IMG/VR virus record: IMGVR_UViG_3300035181_001974
Length of the DNA stretch: 64,000 nucleotides
DNA from: a virus
Direction: 5' to 3' (one strand)
A model generated the notes under the pieces. It saw only the letters and a program-made list of their open reading frames with translations, searched no databases and had not been told where the DNA came from. This document shows, one piece after another, positions 9,665 through 18,309 of this stretch; positions within the stretch are counted from its first letter, which is position 1; each line of letters opens with the position of its first letter. Both the position numbers and the translations under genes were made by a program.

Positions 9665-10036
9665 GGGGGCGACTAGGCTTCGACGTGGCATTGAGACTGT
9701 AGACTGCAGGCACTGGTGCACGAGGGACCAGTTCAAAACCCATGTGACGTATAAACGCCAACGACAATGGTGTTGCTCCTCTCGCCCTCGCGGCCTGAGG
9801 AATGGGGTCCTGGCGCCTAGAAACAGAAAGCCAGGGAAAACGTCGGGGAACCGGACGTTAAGCGGAACACGTCAAAGCACTGGACGTAAAACGTAGTGTC
9901 GAGTTGGTGACCAGCTCGCTAAATTTCGCGTCGCTAGACCCGTCCGGAGGTTGAGCAACAAGACGGACCAAGCCTGTGGATGAGGTCCTCAGAGGATCTG
10001 TTACGGACCCCGGTTCGATTCCGGGCGCCTCCACCA
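9665..10036 (+). ncRNA. ssrA: tmRNA (ssrA), one-piece, about 372 nt, with encoded CCA
   Basis: 5' GGGGGCGACUAGGCUUCGACGUGG matches the tmRNA consensus GGGGCUGAU..GGAUUCGACGGG. 3' end has a T-arm CCCGG/UUCGAUU/CCGGG, acceptor CGCCUCC and ACCA. The acceptor helix GGGGGCG/CGCCUCC carries a G3-U wobble, the Ala identity element. Internal tag ORF 9757-9795 GCC AAC GAC AAT GGT GTT GCT CCT CTC GCC CTC GCG GCC TGA encodes ANDNGVAPLALAA. Confidence 0.85.
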
Positions 10037-10246
10037 TGTTCTATTTTGATCACCTCCACGGAAATGACGTGTAGTTATTGTCATGTGACGATGTGATGAA
10101 TGTGAACTTCTCTTTGAGACTTTTCAAGCTAAAGCTAACCACGTGAGGTGGCAACATAAGCCCCAAGCGTATTCAAAGAAGGCCTTGAAAAGATCAAAGA
10201 GAACGCTCGCGCCTCCACTGCAAAGAGGTGCGGTGAAAAGACGCTC

Positions 10247-10822
10247 GTGACCGAAGAGCGCACGTGTGAGTGTGGCACTACTTTTCAGGTGTTGTTTTCA
10301 CCGGAACGAAAAGTGTACGTCAAGAAAACATGTTCCAAGGCGTGTGCAGCTCGTCGTAAGTTCACGCAAGAATCAAGTGAGAAGAAAAGTAACTCAATGA
10401 AACAACGTCTTGCTCAAGACGTTGAGCTACGGCATCGATTTCTTTTATCGAGAGTTGATAATCGTCATTCTTCCTTAAAAGCAGAACGCGCCTTGGCAGA
10501 ACTGCTGAGGTCTCGAGGATTCAAGAGACACAAGCAGGTGTCCATCGACGGTGTAATGTTCGATGTTGACATTGTGTCTGACGACGGTAAAGTTTGGGTC
10601 GAATCTGACGGTGAATGGCACTTCAGACAGGTGCACGCAGGTCATGATTTCGAGACGATGCAATTCAGAGATTGACTTGAGGAACGTGAGGCAGTGAAAC
10701 GCGGCATCCTTCTAATTCGAGTCAACAATCAAGAACTAGAGCTTGACGAGCAGGTCAAGTTCATCGATGCCACGATGGCGGCGTGGGACAGAACGACGGG
10801 AAAGGTCGTTAAGTCCTACTAG
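10247..10822 (+). pseudogene. Homing-endonuclease-like gene (Cys-rich zinc ribbon plus DUF559/Vsr-like nuclease domain) interrupted by an in-frame TGA at 10673-10675
   Basis: GTG start. Nuclease motif ...FDVDIVSDDGKVWVESDGEWH.... After the in-frame TGA the frame continues LEEREAVKRGILLIRV..., the conserved C-terminal part of this domain. Sits in a lower-GC island next to the tmRNA. Confidence 0.55.
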
Positions 10823-11097
10823 AGAATCACAGTTACAAACTGAAAGACAACAAATGCCAAACAGACCAGTTGTTGGGATTGGCGCGGCCAGGCACTGGCA
10901 TTTGCATACGTCAAGGTAAAATCAGCAGGATTCAAGCTCCGTGTGTCCACGTTGGACCATGTGCCCGCTGGTCTCGGGAAATCGTCCGTGGAAGGAGACG
11001 TTCTCGTCGATGTTGTCGATGGAACAATGACGAGAAGGTATAGATCCCAGTCCCTCCGCGCACGAATGGTGTAAGACAACCAAGGAGAGGAAAGTCC

Positions 11098-11277
11098 ATG
11101 TCAGCAACGTCAGAACTGCTAGCCGAGCAGATCAGGGACCTTGAGACCCAGATCAACGAAAAGACCAACCGCGGAGAAAACGTGGTGGCCCTCAAGGAAC
11201 AGCGAAACCTTCTGTTGAAGGAGCTCGCTCGGGCAAATCAGGCACTCAACGAAGGTAAGGGCGTCCTGAAGGGTTGA
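11098..11277 (+). CDS. Small coiled-coil protein (59 aa)
   Basis: Strong RBS AAGGAGAGGAAAG. Heptad-like sequence. Absent from the track only because it is shorter than 60 aa. Confidence 0.45.
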   Translation: MSATSELLAEQIRDLETQINEKTNRGENVVALKEQRNLLLKELARANQALNEGKGVLKG

Positions 11278-11280
11278 ACC

Positions 11281-11505
11281 ATGGAAGTCCAGAAGATCGA
11301 CCTCTATGCACCGATCATGGCGGCCCGTAAGGGCCCGCCACCCATCGCCTTGCGCGTCGGCGTTCAACCCGCTGACGTTCACACCGTCGGTGGTCCACTC
11401 GTCTCATCGGTCAAAGCTGAGACCTACGTTTTGTTGTCTGCGCTGCCGGAAGAGCTACGTCGCCGCGTAGAGACCGCAGTCCAGGCGCTGATCGCGGGGC
11501 AGTGA
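11281..11505 (+). CDS. Hypothetical protein (74 aa)
   Basis: ORF; its start overlaps the upstream stop region. Confidence 0.4.
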   Translation: MEVQKIDLYAPIMAARKGPPPIALRVGVQPADVHTVGGPLVSSVKAETYVLLSALPEELRRRVETAVQALIAGQ

Positions 11506-11792
11506 TGGGTCACAACGACAAGAAGGCGAAGCGGGTCCAGATGTCACCATTGGTGATCACTGGGTTCATTAAGAAAGAAAATGGCACGTACGTGCGTGCC
11601 ACACGGATCTATACGCGTGAGTGTGTGCCTGATAAGCCTGGAGATTCTGACAGGCCTCCCGGCATCCTCGTCACCCTGCAACGCATGATCATTCATGGAC
11701 GCTATGTGCCTGTCAAACGCCGTGAGAAGCACCAATGCGTTTGGTTCGATCCCAATGACATTAGGCCAACGTATCTGAGGCGGGTGGCGTGA
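11502..11792 (+). CDS. Hypothetical protein (96 aa)
   Basis: ORF with 4-nt overlaps at both ends (ATGA junctions). Confidence 0.45.
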   Translation: MMGHNDKKAKRVQMSPLVITGFIKKENGTYVRATRIYTRECVPDKPGDSDRPPGILVTLQRMIIHGRYVPVKRREKHQCVWFDPNDIRPTYLRRVA

Positions 11793-12391
11793 TGGCATAT
11801 CACGGGTATCTGCCGATGATGAAGAACTTCATTCATCGGTTGCCTCATCCTCCGTTTGTCATCGAGATCGGTGTCGATCGTGGCGTCTCGTTGTTTCCTT
11901 TGGCAGCCTTCATGGCGCGGGCCAAGGAACAGTTCGTCATGGTCGGTGTGGATATTCTGGTCCAAGAGCAGGTCACCATCATGTCGAGGAACCTAGACTT
12001 GAGCCCAAACCAGCAACTGTTCCTCATTCAGGGCAACAGCCTCGATGTCTTGCCCAAGTTGGTCGCGCAAGGCATGAAGTTCGATCTAGTGCTGTTGGAC
12101 GGCGATCACAACTTCCACACTGTTCAACAGGAGCTGCTGCACCTCGAGGACCTGTGTCATCCACACTCTCTGGTCATCATTGACGATTACGAGGGTCGGT
12201 GGTCTGACAAGGACCTCTGGTATGCTGAGCGGCCTGATTACAAGGACGTCAAGGACGCGACTGCCAAGATCGAGACGGAGAAGCACGGCGTCAAGCCTGC
12301 CGTCGATGAGTTCCTTGCTGCGTATCCCGAGTGGAAGACGGCCCGTCCGCTGGCCGGCGAACCCATCCTGCTCACTCGAGTCAATATTTAG
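11789..12391 (+). CDS. Class I SAM-dependent methyltransferase (Methyltransf_24 / CmcI-TylF-like O-methyltransferase fold)
   Basis: VIEIGVDRGVS (motif I-like) and FDLVLLDGDHNFH (typical DGDH acidic motif). Confidence 0.6.
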   Translation: MMAYHGYLPMMKNFIHRLPHPPFVIEIGVDRGVSLFPLAAFMARAKEQFVMVGVDILVQEQVTIMSRNLDLSPNQQLFLIQGNSLDVLPKLVAQGMKFDLVLLDGDHNFHTVQQELLHLEDLCHPHSLVIIDDYEGRWSDKDLWYAERPDYKDVKDATAKIETEKHGVKPAVDEFLAAYPEWKTARPLAGEPILLTRVNI

Positions 12392-12428
12392 CTCCAGTGG
12401 AGCGCTGCCGCGCTTTTGAGGAGATAAC

Positions 12429-13034
12429 ATGAGTGATTTTAAGTTGGACCGCGCTGCGCTAGAAGAGACCCTCGCGATTATGGCGGCTGAAAGAAACGAC
12501 GAAATCGTTGACTATGCGCGTCGGAAGAACGCCGGCGTCGGAACTTCATTGAAGGGAACCGACGATATCGCGGCACATCTGGTCTATGATGACAAGATGC
12601 TGGCTGAGGTCACCAAAGACTGCGCTTTCAACGACCCGCGGATGCACATCGATTCCTCTTTCAAGAGCATAAAGGATTGGCAGGTGAAGTCGGGTGAATC
12701 ATTCCGCGAAATTCGTGAGGATATGCACCTGACACGGGCCGTGCTCGACGAGCTAGCCGACATTGCGCACCTTCAGAAGGTGCAGTCAGAGTTGTGCGGC
12801 AATCTGATGGCTGAGTCCCAAGCTCGTGCAGCTGACAAGTGCATTCTCTTCGTCAATGTCACAAATGAGGATCTCCGTGAAGCAGGCAAGCGCATCGTCA
12901 AGTGCAGCCGTCGGTGGATGGACGGCCATGGTGATGTTGAACCCGTCGACCTGACAGGTGCTTTCGAGGGGACTGAGCCGCTGCCAGAAGATGAACTGAC
13001 GCCCGCGGAAGTGTCTGGCGCTTTGGGTCTGTGA
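12429..13034 (+). CDS. Hypothetical protein (201 aa)
   Basis: ORF. Upstream AATATTTAG motif and RBS GAGGAG. Confidence 0.5.
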   Translation: MSDFKLDRAALEETLAIMAAERNDEIVDYARRKNAGVGTSLKGTDDIAAHLVYDDKMLAEVTKDCAFNDPRMHIDSSFKSIKDWQVKSGESFREIREDMHLTRAVLDELADIAHLQKVQSELCGNLMAESQARAADKCILFVNVTNEDLREAGKRIVKCSRRWMDGHGDVEPVDLTGAFEGTEPLPEDELTPAEVSGALGL

Positions 13035-13100
13035 TAGTTATGCAGCATGAACGTGCTGCAACAAGATAGAAACCTTGAGTTGCTGCCGTGAGGTAACCAG

Positions 13101-13322
13101 ATGACCCACGGAAAAAACAAGAAAAAGCAAGTGAGGTTGCCAGAAGGCGTCTTTTCATATCAACCTGGTCCATCGAGGACAGGCATGATGAAGTCAGGCG
13201 CTGAGGACGTAGATGACAGCGAAGAACTGCTGAGTGACTCAGACAATCTGACTGAGCAGGTCAGAATTTCGCGGTTACTACGTTGGATCGTCATCAAATC
13301 ATTTCTGACAGTCCCGCGGTGA
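13101..13322 (+). CDS. Hypothetical protein (73 aa)
   Basis: ORF only. Confidence 0.3.
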   Translation: MTHGKNKKKQVRLPEGVFSYQPGPSRTGMMKSGAEDVDDSEELLSDSDNLTEQVRISRLLRWIVIKSFLTVPR

Positions 13323-13383
13323 GTCCGTCGGCCCCGGTCGTTCACGACAGGGTATATTTTCACGTTAGCAGGGACTGTGAAGG

Positions 13384-13842
13384 ATGACGGCATATCGGGT
13401 AGTAGATGACCACAGCGAGCTAGGAGGTGTAGGGACACTTACTCACGATCAGCTCGATCAGGTCGTCAATACGACACCATGGGTCATTGTCTCAGGCGTT
13501 GCTGGAACGCAGCCCCCGAGCGCTCGCAGGCTGGTTCAGGGCCCGGGCGTGACAATCACGGACGGGGGACCGGGCGGCGACCTGGTCATCTCTGCCACCG
13601 GAATGTTGACCGGGTCCACCACGATGTGGATGGAGCGACCGGTCGGCCTCAACGACGGCGTCAATCGAGATTTTGCGCTATCATTTGCTCCGACTCCTGG
13701 TTCAGCCTTGATGTTCTTCTACAACGGCATCCTACAGGAACAAGGGTCTGATTCCGACTACGTGTTGGTCTCTGGGTCAATCGTTCACATGCTACATCCT
13801 TACAGGTCGGGTAGCAATTTTCGAGCGACGTATCCGTACTGA
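13384..13842 (+). CDS. Hypothetical protein (152 aa), possibly structural
   Basis: ORF; G/T/S-rich, beta-like composition. Confidence 0.45.
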   Translation: MTAYRVVDDHSELGGVGTLTHDQLDQVVNTTPWVIVSGVAGTQPPSARRLVQGPGVTITDGGPGGDLVISATGMLTGSTTMWMERPVGLNDGVNRDFALSFAPTPGSALMFFYNGILQEQGSDSDYVLVSGSIVHMLHPYRSGSNFRATYPY

Positions 13843-13903
13843 ACGTTCTGATTCTTCCTCATCGATATTTAGTCTCGACCTTAGGTCATAGGAGACGCAA
13901 CCG

Positions 13904-15532
13904 ATGAGGACGTTTGTCGATCAGCCAACCCAGATCTTCAATTCAGACACGTACAATGACGCGTTGTTGGTTGGCGACGGCCTGCAGACCGGTTCTCTCA
14001 GCCTTGAGGATGACCTCAATGCGTTGAGGACTCAGATCAGGCAGCTGTTGTGGGCCGGCATGACAGGCAGCTGGTACGACATGGTGACGCAGGTGTCGGG
14101 CGGTTACGGCATCGTGCCTGCCCGAGGCGTCAACACGTTGGGCAGCGATCTTGCCGATCTTGAACAGCACCGCTTCCTGTTCCGCCGCCAGAACCTCACG
14201 CAGGTCAACATTGCGACGGGTTCAAACTTTGCATTGCTGTCAGTGTCCCTAGGAACGGCACCCGCCAGCCCGGCAGTCGTCGGCCTGGAGCCATATGCCA
14301 CGGGTACGTTGGTTGCCCTCGCAGGAACCTACGGTGCATTTAGCATCGAACAGGTCTCTGGCTCGTCGGCAATCACTCCCAAGAACCTGGTTATCGTCCG
14401 CGACGCTTGGACGCACTCTACCTTGACCACCTCCTTGGGCGGCGGGCAGGAGATCTTCGGCCTGATGCAGGCTGAACCGGGCGTTGCCACAGGCAACACG
14501 TTCGATGATGTCAGCAACCGTACTCAGATCTCGTTCATCTACGAGAAGATGATCAACGGCACCTCGTCGCTGGCACCGGTCCCTGCCTCTGACATCGGCG
14601 GTCGGACGATCAACTACGCCTACATCAGCAGGACGGACCTCAAGGACCTGCCTGAGGATGCGTACCTCTCCAACAACATCTTCATCGACATTCCGCAACC
14701 AATTACGGGTGGTTCTGTGGTCACCCTGGCAGACATCACCCTGCAGAGGGCGATCGACAACCAGGGTGCGACTGTTGTCGTCGACACCACGGGCACCAAC
14801 ATTCAGCTGGCGGCAGGCACGTCCTGGACCTTTTTGAGCGGCACGCAGCAGATGTGGTCGCTCTTCGCAGGTCCGACGTATACAGAGATGATCGTCAGCG
14901 CCACTTTGGCAACGTTTGTCAATGACGCTGTCAGCTTCAAGAGCGGCATCACTGTTGGCACGGGTTCTAACAACCCGATCGACATCGGTGCCTCGAACCC
15001 AGGCGTCATCAGCAGCGCCCTGAGCCTGTTCCTGCAGCCCAGCGTCAACTTGTCACTGAACCCAGGCGGTAACCTGCAGTTCAATGACCAGTACGGCACC
15101 GGTGCGCTGTCATCGAGCATCAACTTCTCGAACAGCATTGCGGAGTGGGATCAGTTTGGTGCACTCTTCGGCGCGGGAACTTCGATTCTCGGCGCGTTTG
15201 ATGCCCTGTCGAGCTCGATCTACACGGCAGTCTCGGGTGCACTACACCGCAAGCGGGCGCAGGCTGGCACCACAGGTGCTCAGTTCATCAACCCGAACGT
15301 CAACGTGACCTATCCGACGAACCTGGACGCGCCGTTGCTCAGCTACGTGGGCAGGGACTTTGCCAAGGATCTCAACATCTACCTGAATGGTATTCTGTTG
15401 GTCCCAGGCACCTCGGCAGGCAATGCCAACGACGTCTACCCGGGCACTTCTGCGGCTACGGGCGACCTCAAGTTCCCGATGAAGATCAGAAGTGGCTCGG
15501 TCATCACCATGGAGGTCTTCACCGGCGGGTGA
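13904..15532 (+). CDS. Putative virion structural protein (542 aa)
   Basis: Large ORF at the head of the structural/fiber gene run. RBS AGGAGA. GATATTTAG motif upstream. Confidence 0.55.
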   Translation: MRTFVDQPTQIFNSDTYNDALLVGDGLQTGSLSLEDDLNALRTQIRQLLWAGMTGSWYDMVTQVSGGYGIVPARGVNTLGSDLADLEQHRFLFRRQNLTQVNIATGSNFALLSVSLGTAPASPAVVGLEPYATGTLVALAGTYGAFSIEQVSGSSAITPKNLVIVRDAWTHSTLTTSLGGGQEIFGLMQAEPGVATGNTFDDVSNRTQISFIYEKMINGTSSLAPVPASDIGGRTINYAYISRTDLKDLPEDAYLSNNIFIDIPQPITGGSVVTLADITLQRAIDNQGATVVVDTTGTNIQLAAGTSWTFLSGTQQMWSLFAGPTYTEMIVSATLATFVNDAVSFKSGITVGTGSNNPIDIGASNPGVISSALSLFLQPSVNLSLNPGGNLQFNDQYGTGALSSSINFSNSIAEWDQFGALFGAGTSILGAFDALSSSIYTAVSGALHRKRAQAGTTGAQFINPNVNVTYPTNLDAPLLSYVGRDFAKDLNIYLNGILLVPGTSAGNANDVYPGTSAATGDLKFPMKIRSGSVITMEVFTGG

Positions 15533-15579
15533 TGATCTCTCACAGTTAACGTGACACTCATGCTCGGTACAATCCGGGC

Positions 15580-16098
15580 ATGAGTGATTTTCACGAGGGT
15601 AGGGTCGCTGCGACGTTTTCGATGGGCAGCCGGCTGGAAAATGCCAAGGAAGTCTACGAAGAAGAAGTCAAGCAGTTCAACGCCATGAAGACAGCCTTCG
15701 GGATGGCGGGGGCCCGTCTCGAGGAGTACAGAGGCAAGATCAAGGAAGACGTCACCACGGGCAAGCTGCCCCTCAAGGAAGGCGAACACGCCTTGTCGTA
15801 CGTCTCTGCGTGCATTGAACTGGTGAAGCAGTTGTTCACCGACACTGAGGCCCGTAGGCTGGCGTCTCATGGAGCGGCAGAGGCAATGAAGAAAGCTGTT
15901 GCTGATGCGAAGGCGGTTTGGGACTCTGAACGAGCTAAGCTCGCGGAAGTCGCCCAGTATGAATCGCAGGTGCCGCAGAACCTGAAAGAGCGACCCGTGG
16001 GTTACCTGCCTGAAGATCATCCGCTTGAAGCTGAACGTGTCGAAGAAGAACAAGCGGCCCCCAGCAAGAAGCAACGGAAGACCAGACCCCAGAAGTGA
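15580..16098 (+). CDS. Hypothetical helical protein (172 aa)
   Basis: ORF; K/E/A-rich. Confidence 0.45.
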   Translation: MSDFHEGRVAATFSMGSRLENAKEVYEEEVKQFNAMKTAFGMAGARLEEYRGKIKEDVTTGKLPLKEGEHALSYVSACIELVKQLFTDTEARRLASHGAAEAMKKAVADAKAVWDSERAKLAEVAQYESQVPQNLKERPVGYLPEDHPLEAERVEEEQAAPSKKQRKTRPQK

Positions 16099-16113
16099 TA
16101 GTTATGCTGCGGA

Positions 16114-16602
16114 ATGGGCGGAATCTTCGGCGGCGGTCGCACACCTGACGACTTTCCTGGTGAGCGGATCGATGAATCGATCCAGCTGCTGCTCGTTTCT
16201 GCCTCATTGCCGTCGACTGACGGCGAGATCTATTACGTTTCCGGATCAGTCTCTGGCAGCGGCTTCTTCTTTCACGAGGAAGGCGTCATTCGCAGGTTGG
16301 GACTCGATGAGCCGACCCACGAGGCGTTGAATTCTCTGGCGCATGATAATGCAGCGAATGGTTATGAGGAGCTGCAGTACAACACCATCGGTCTGACCAA
16401 CCTCACCATTTGGACGGACATCGCTAAGACCCAAAAGCTGCAGGACTACACAGTAGTCTATGGCCCGAACTACAGGTTTATCAATGCTATGACCAGCAGC
16501 GCTTACAATCCTGACGGTTCGTTGAAGGCCCAGGTCATTGAAGTACCTACCTACGACAGCCGCCGTCGCATTATCACTGTGACGCGGACGCGGGTGCTCT
16601 AA
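16114..16602 (+). CDS. Putative structural protein (162 aa)
   Basis: ORF preceded by the GTGATAGTTATGC motif. Confidence 0.45.
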   Translation: MGGIFGGGRTPDDFPGERIDESIQLLLVSASLPSTDGEIYYVSGSVSGSGFFFHEEGVIRRLGLDEPTHEALNSLAHDNAANGYEELQYNTIGLTNLTIWTDIAKTQKLQDYTVVYGPNYRFINAMTSSAYNPDGSLKAQVIEVPTYDSRRRIITVTRTRVL

Positions 16603-17288
16603 TGATGCATGTAGTCCAGGTCGTCATTGACGACTCGTCGAATAAGACGATCACTGGGATCTGGGAGTTCGATCGGACCCTGGGTGGCGTGCTGATCATT
16701 CCTTCAGGATCATCTTTTCCGGTTGTCTCGCAGCCCGGAGAAATCTTCTGGAATACCGCGAACAACATCCTCTATCGCCGAGACGACACAAATTCGTACT
16801 GGACGCCTGTCTCGTCATCAATGCATGGAGGAGGCGATCCTAATGCTGCCTACGCGCTGATCACGTTGACGGGTTCTTTGCCGAATGCTCGTAAGTTGAC
16901 GGGCTCTGCAGGCATCGACGTCACTGATACGGGTCCTGGCGGGCAGTACATCTTCAGTCAGAACGTTGCGTATAACTCTGCTTCACACGCGGCGATCAGG
17001 CAGCTGATTCACCTCGCTGATGGAGGCGGTGGCCCATATGAGACGTTCGGAACTACTTATTGTGATACCGGACCACAACCATTCCCAACGTCATCTATTT
17101 GGTATGCTGACGTGGGCCGGACGAAGAAGATCACAGAACAAATCGTGTCATACAACGCCAACAAGACCTTCTCAACAGTGCAGTGGAAGGTCTATGCACC
17201 TGACGGCATCACGCTGTTGGCAACAGCGACTGACACGATTACTTACTCTGGGATCTTTGAGACTTCTCGAACAAGAGTCATCACCTAA
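16602..17288 (+). CDS. Putative structural or fiber protein (228 aa)
   Basis: ORF overlapping the upstream gene at an ATGA junction. Confidence 0.45.
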   Translation: MMHVVQVVIDDSSNKTITGIWEFDRTLGGVLIIPSGSSFPVVSQPGEIFWNTANNILYRRDDTNSYWTPVSSSMHGGGDPNAAYALITLTGSLPNARKLTGSAGIDVTDTGPGGQYIFSQNVAYNSASHAAIRQLIHLADGGGGPYETFGTTYCDTGPQPFPTSSIWYADVGRTKKITEQIVSYNANKTFSTVQWKVYAPDGITLLATATDTITYSGIFETSRTRVIT

Positions 17289-17300
17289 GAGGCCAACGAT

Positions 17301-18278
17301 ATGGGAGTCACCAATCCGCTAGCAATTCTGTACGATGTCAACGGCAACCCGATCGGCGTCCCAACAAATCCATTGGCCGTCCAGACCTCGGGATCTGTTT
17401 CAATCTCTGGCAACATTTCTGCTGTCGGTCCGGTTCAGTCTGGCTCAACCACTACAGGATTCCCGCAGTTGGTCGGTGGCGCTGACTCCGGCGGCATCCT
17501 TCGCGGTTTCTTGACTGACACCTCAGGCAAGTTGTTCGTCACTGCCCAAGGTCTTTCAGTCTACACACAAGGCATTCAGGGCGTTTCAGGAACTGTCGGC
17601 GTCTCTGGCGGCGTCTCTGTCTTCACTCAGGGAGCTCAGCAGGTCACTGGCTCCGTCGCTGTCTATACCCAAGGCGCTCAGCAGGTCTCAGGCTCTGTCA
17701 GCATCACTGGTGGAGTTTCAGTCTTCACGCAGGGTGCCCAGCAGGTCTCCGGCACTGTCACCGTCGTTGGTCAGAACCAGTCAGGCTCGACTGCTACGGG
17801 TAATCCGGTCCTCATTGCGGGTGCTGACTCCGGCGGCATCGTTCGTGGTCTATTGACGGATGCTTCCGGTCGCCAGGTCGTCGTTGGTCCCGTCCTGTCG
17901 GGTTCAACTGCTAATAACGCAGCGCCGGTCATCATCGGCGGCGTCGACCCGCTCGGTGTCGTCAGGACCTTGCGCACCACGCCGGCTGGCTACTTGGCAT
18001 CTGATCCGGTGGCAAACACATCAACTACTTTGAGCGTTGCGTCCTCCACGACCAACGTCACGCTGTTGGCTGCCAACGTCAACCGCATCGGTGCGACGAT
18101 TTTCAATGACAGCAACCAGACGTTGTACGTCAAGTTGGGAGCCACTGCCTCGAACACCAGCTACACGGTGCAGCTCACGGCCCGAGGCTACTACGAGATT
18201 CCGTTTGGCTACGTGGGCCAGATCGATGGTCTTTGGAACAGCACCAACGGTGCTGCTCGAGTCACCGAATTGACGTGA
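17301..18278 (+). CDS. Tail-fiber-like protein with tandem ~13-aa repeats (VxTQGAQQVSGSV)
   Basis: G/S/T/V-rich composition. At least five tandem 39-nt coding repeats between about 17555 and 17770. Confidence 0.55.
   Translation: MGVTNPLAILYDVNGNPIGVPTNPLAVQTSGSVSISGNISAVGPVQSGSTTTGFPQLVGGADSGGILRGFLTDTSGKLFVTAQGLSVYTQGIQGVSGTVGVSGGVSVFTQGAQQVTGSVAVYTQGAQQVSGSVSITGGVSVFTQGAQQVSGTVTVVGQNQSGSTATGNPVLIAGADSGGIVRGLLTDASGRQVVVGPVLSGSTANNAAPVIIGGVDPLGVVRTLRTTPAGYLASDPVANTSTTLSVASSTTNVTLLAANVNRIGATIFNDSNQTLYVKLGATASNTSYTVQLTARGYYEIPFGYVGQIDGLWNSTNGAARVTELT
17555..17770 (+). repeat. Tandem 39-nt coding repeats inside the fiber-like gene
   Basis: Recurring ...ACNCAAGGNGCNCAGCAGGTCNCNGGC... units encoding (V/Y)TQGAQQV(S/T)G(S/T)V. 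Confidence 0.6.
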
Positions 18279-18309
18279 TGATGAGTTGACATTGCTCAGA
18301 AAGTGAACG

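Noticed and set aside
10009-10036. A tRNA-like 3' end (T-arm CCCGG/TTCGATT/CCGGG plus acceptor plus CCA), first considered as a partial tRNA or attP-type fragment, or a type II tRNA starting near 9946.
   Set aside because: No canonical D or anticodon arms could be folded from 9946-10008 (only 5-bp stems with 14-nt loops). The true 5' partner GGGGGCG lies at 9665 and the intervening RNA carries a tag ORF ending in ALAA, so this is the 3' end of a tmRNA. No integrase is present to support an attP reading.
10823-11097. Several 60-90-aa minus-strand ORFs (10819-11079, 10922-11107, 10932-11195) as real genes.
   Set aside because: They mutually overlap in three frames within a decayed lower-GC segment. 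Only the fragment resembling the endonuclease N-terminus is noteworthy, and it is treated as a remnant in the findings.
17555-17770. Regular 39-nt tandem repeats, checked as a possible CRISPR-like array.
   Set aside because: The repeats are contiguous with no spacers and lie in-frame inside a fiber-like gene, encoding a 13-aa peptide repeat.
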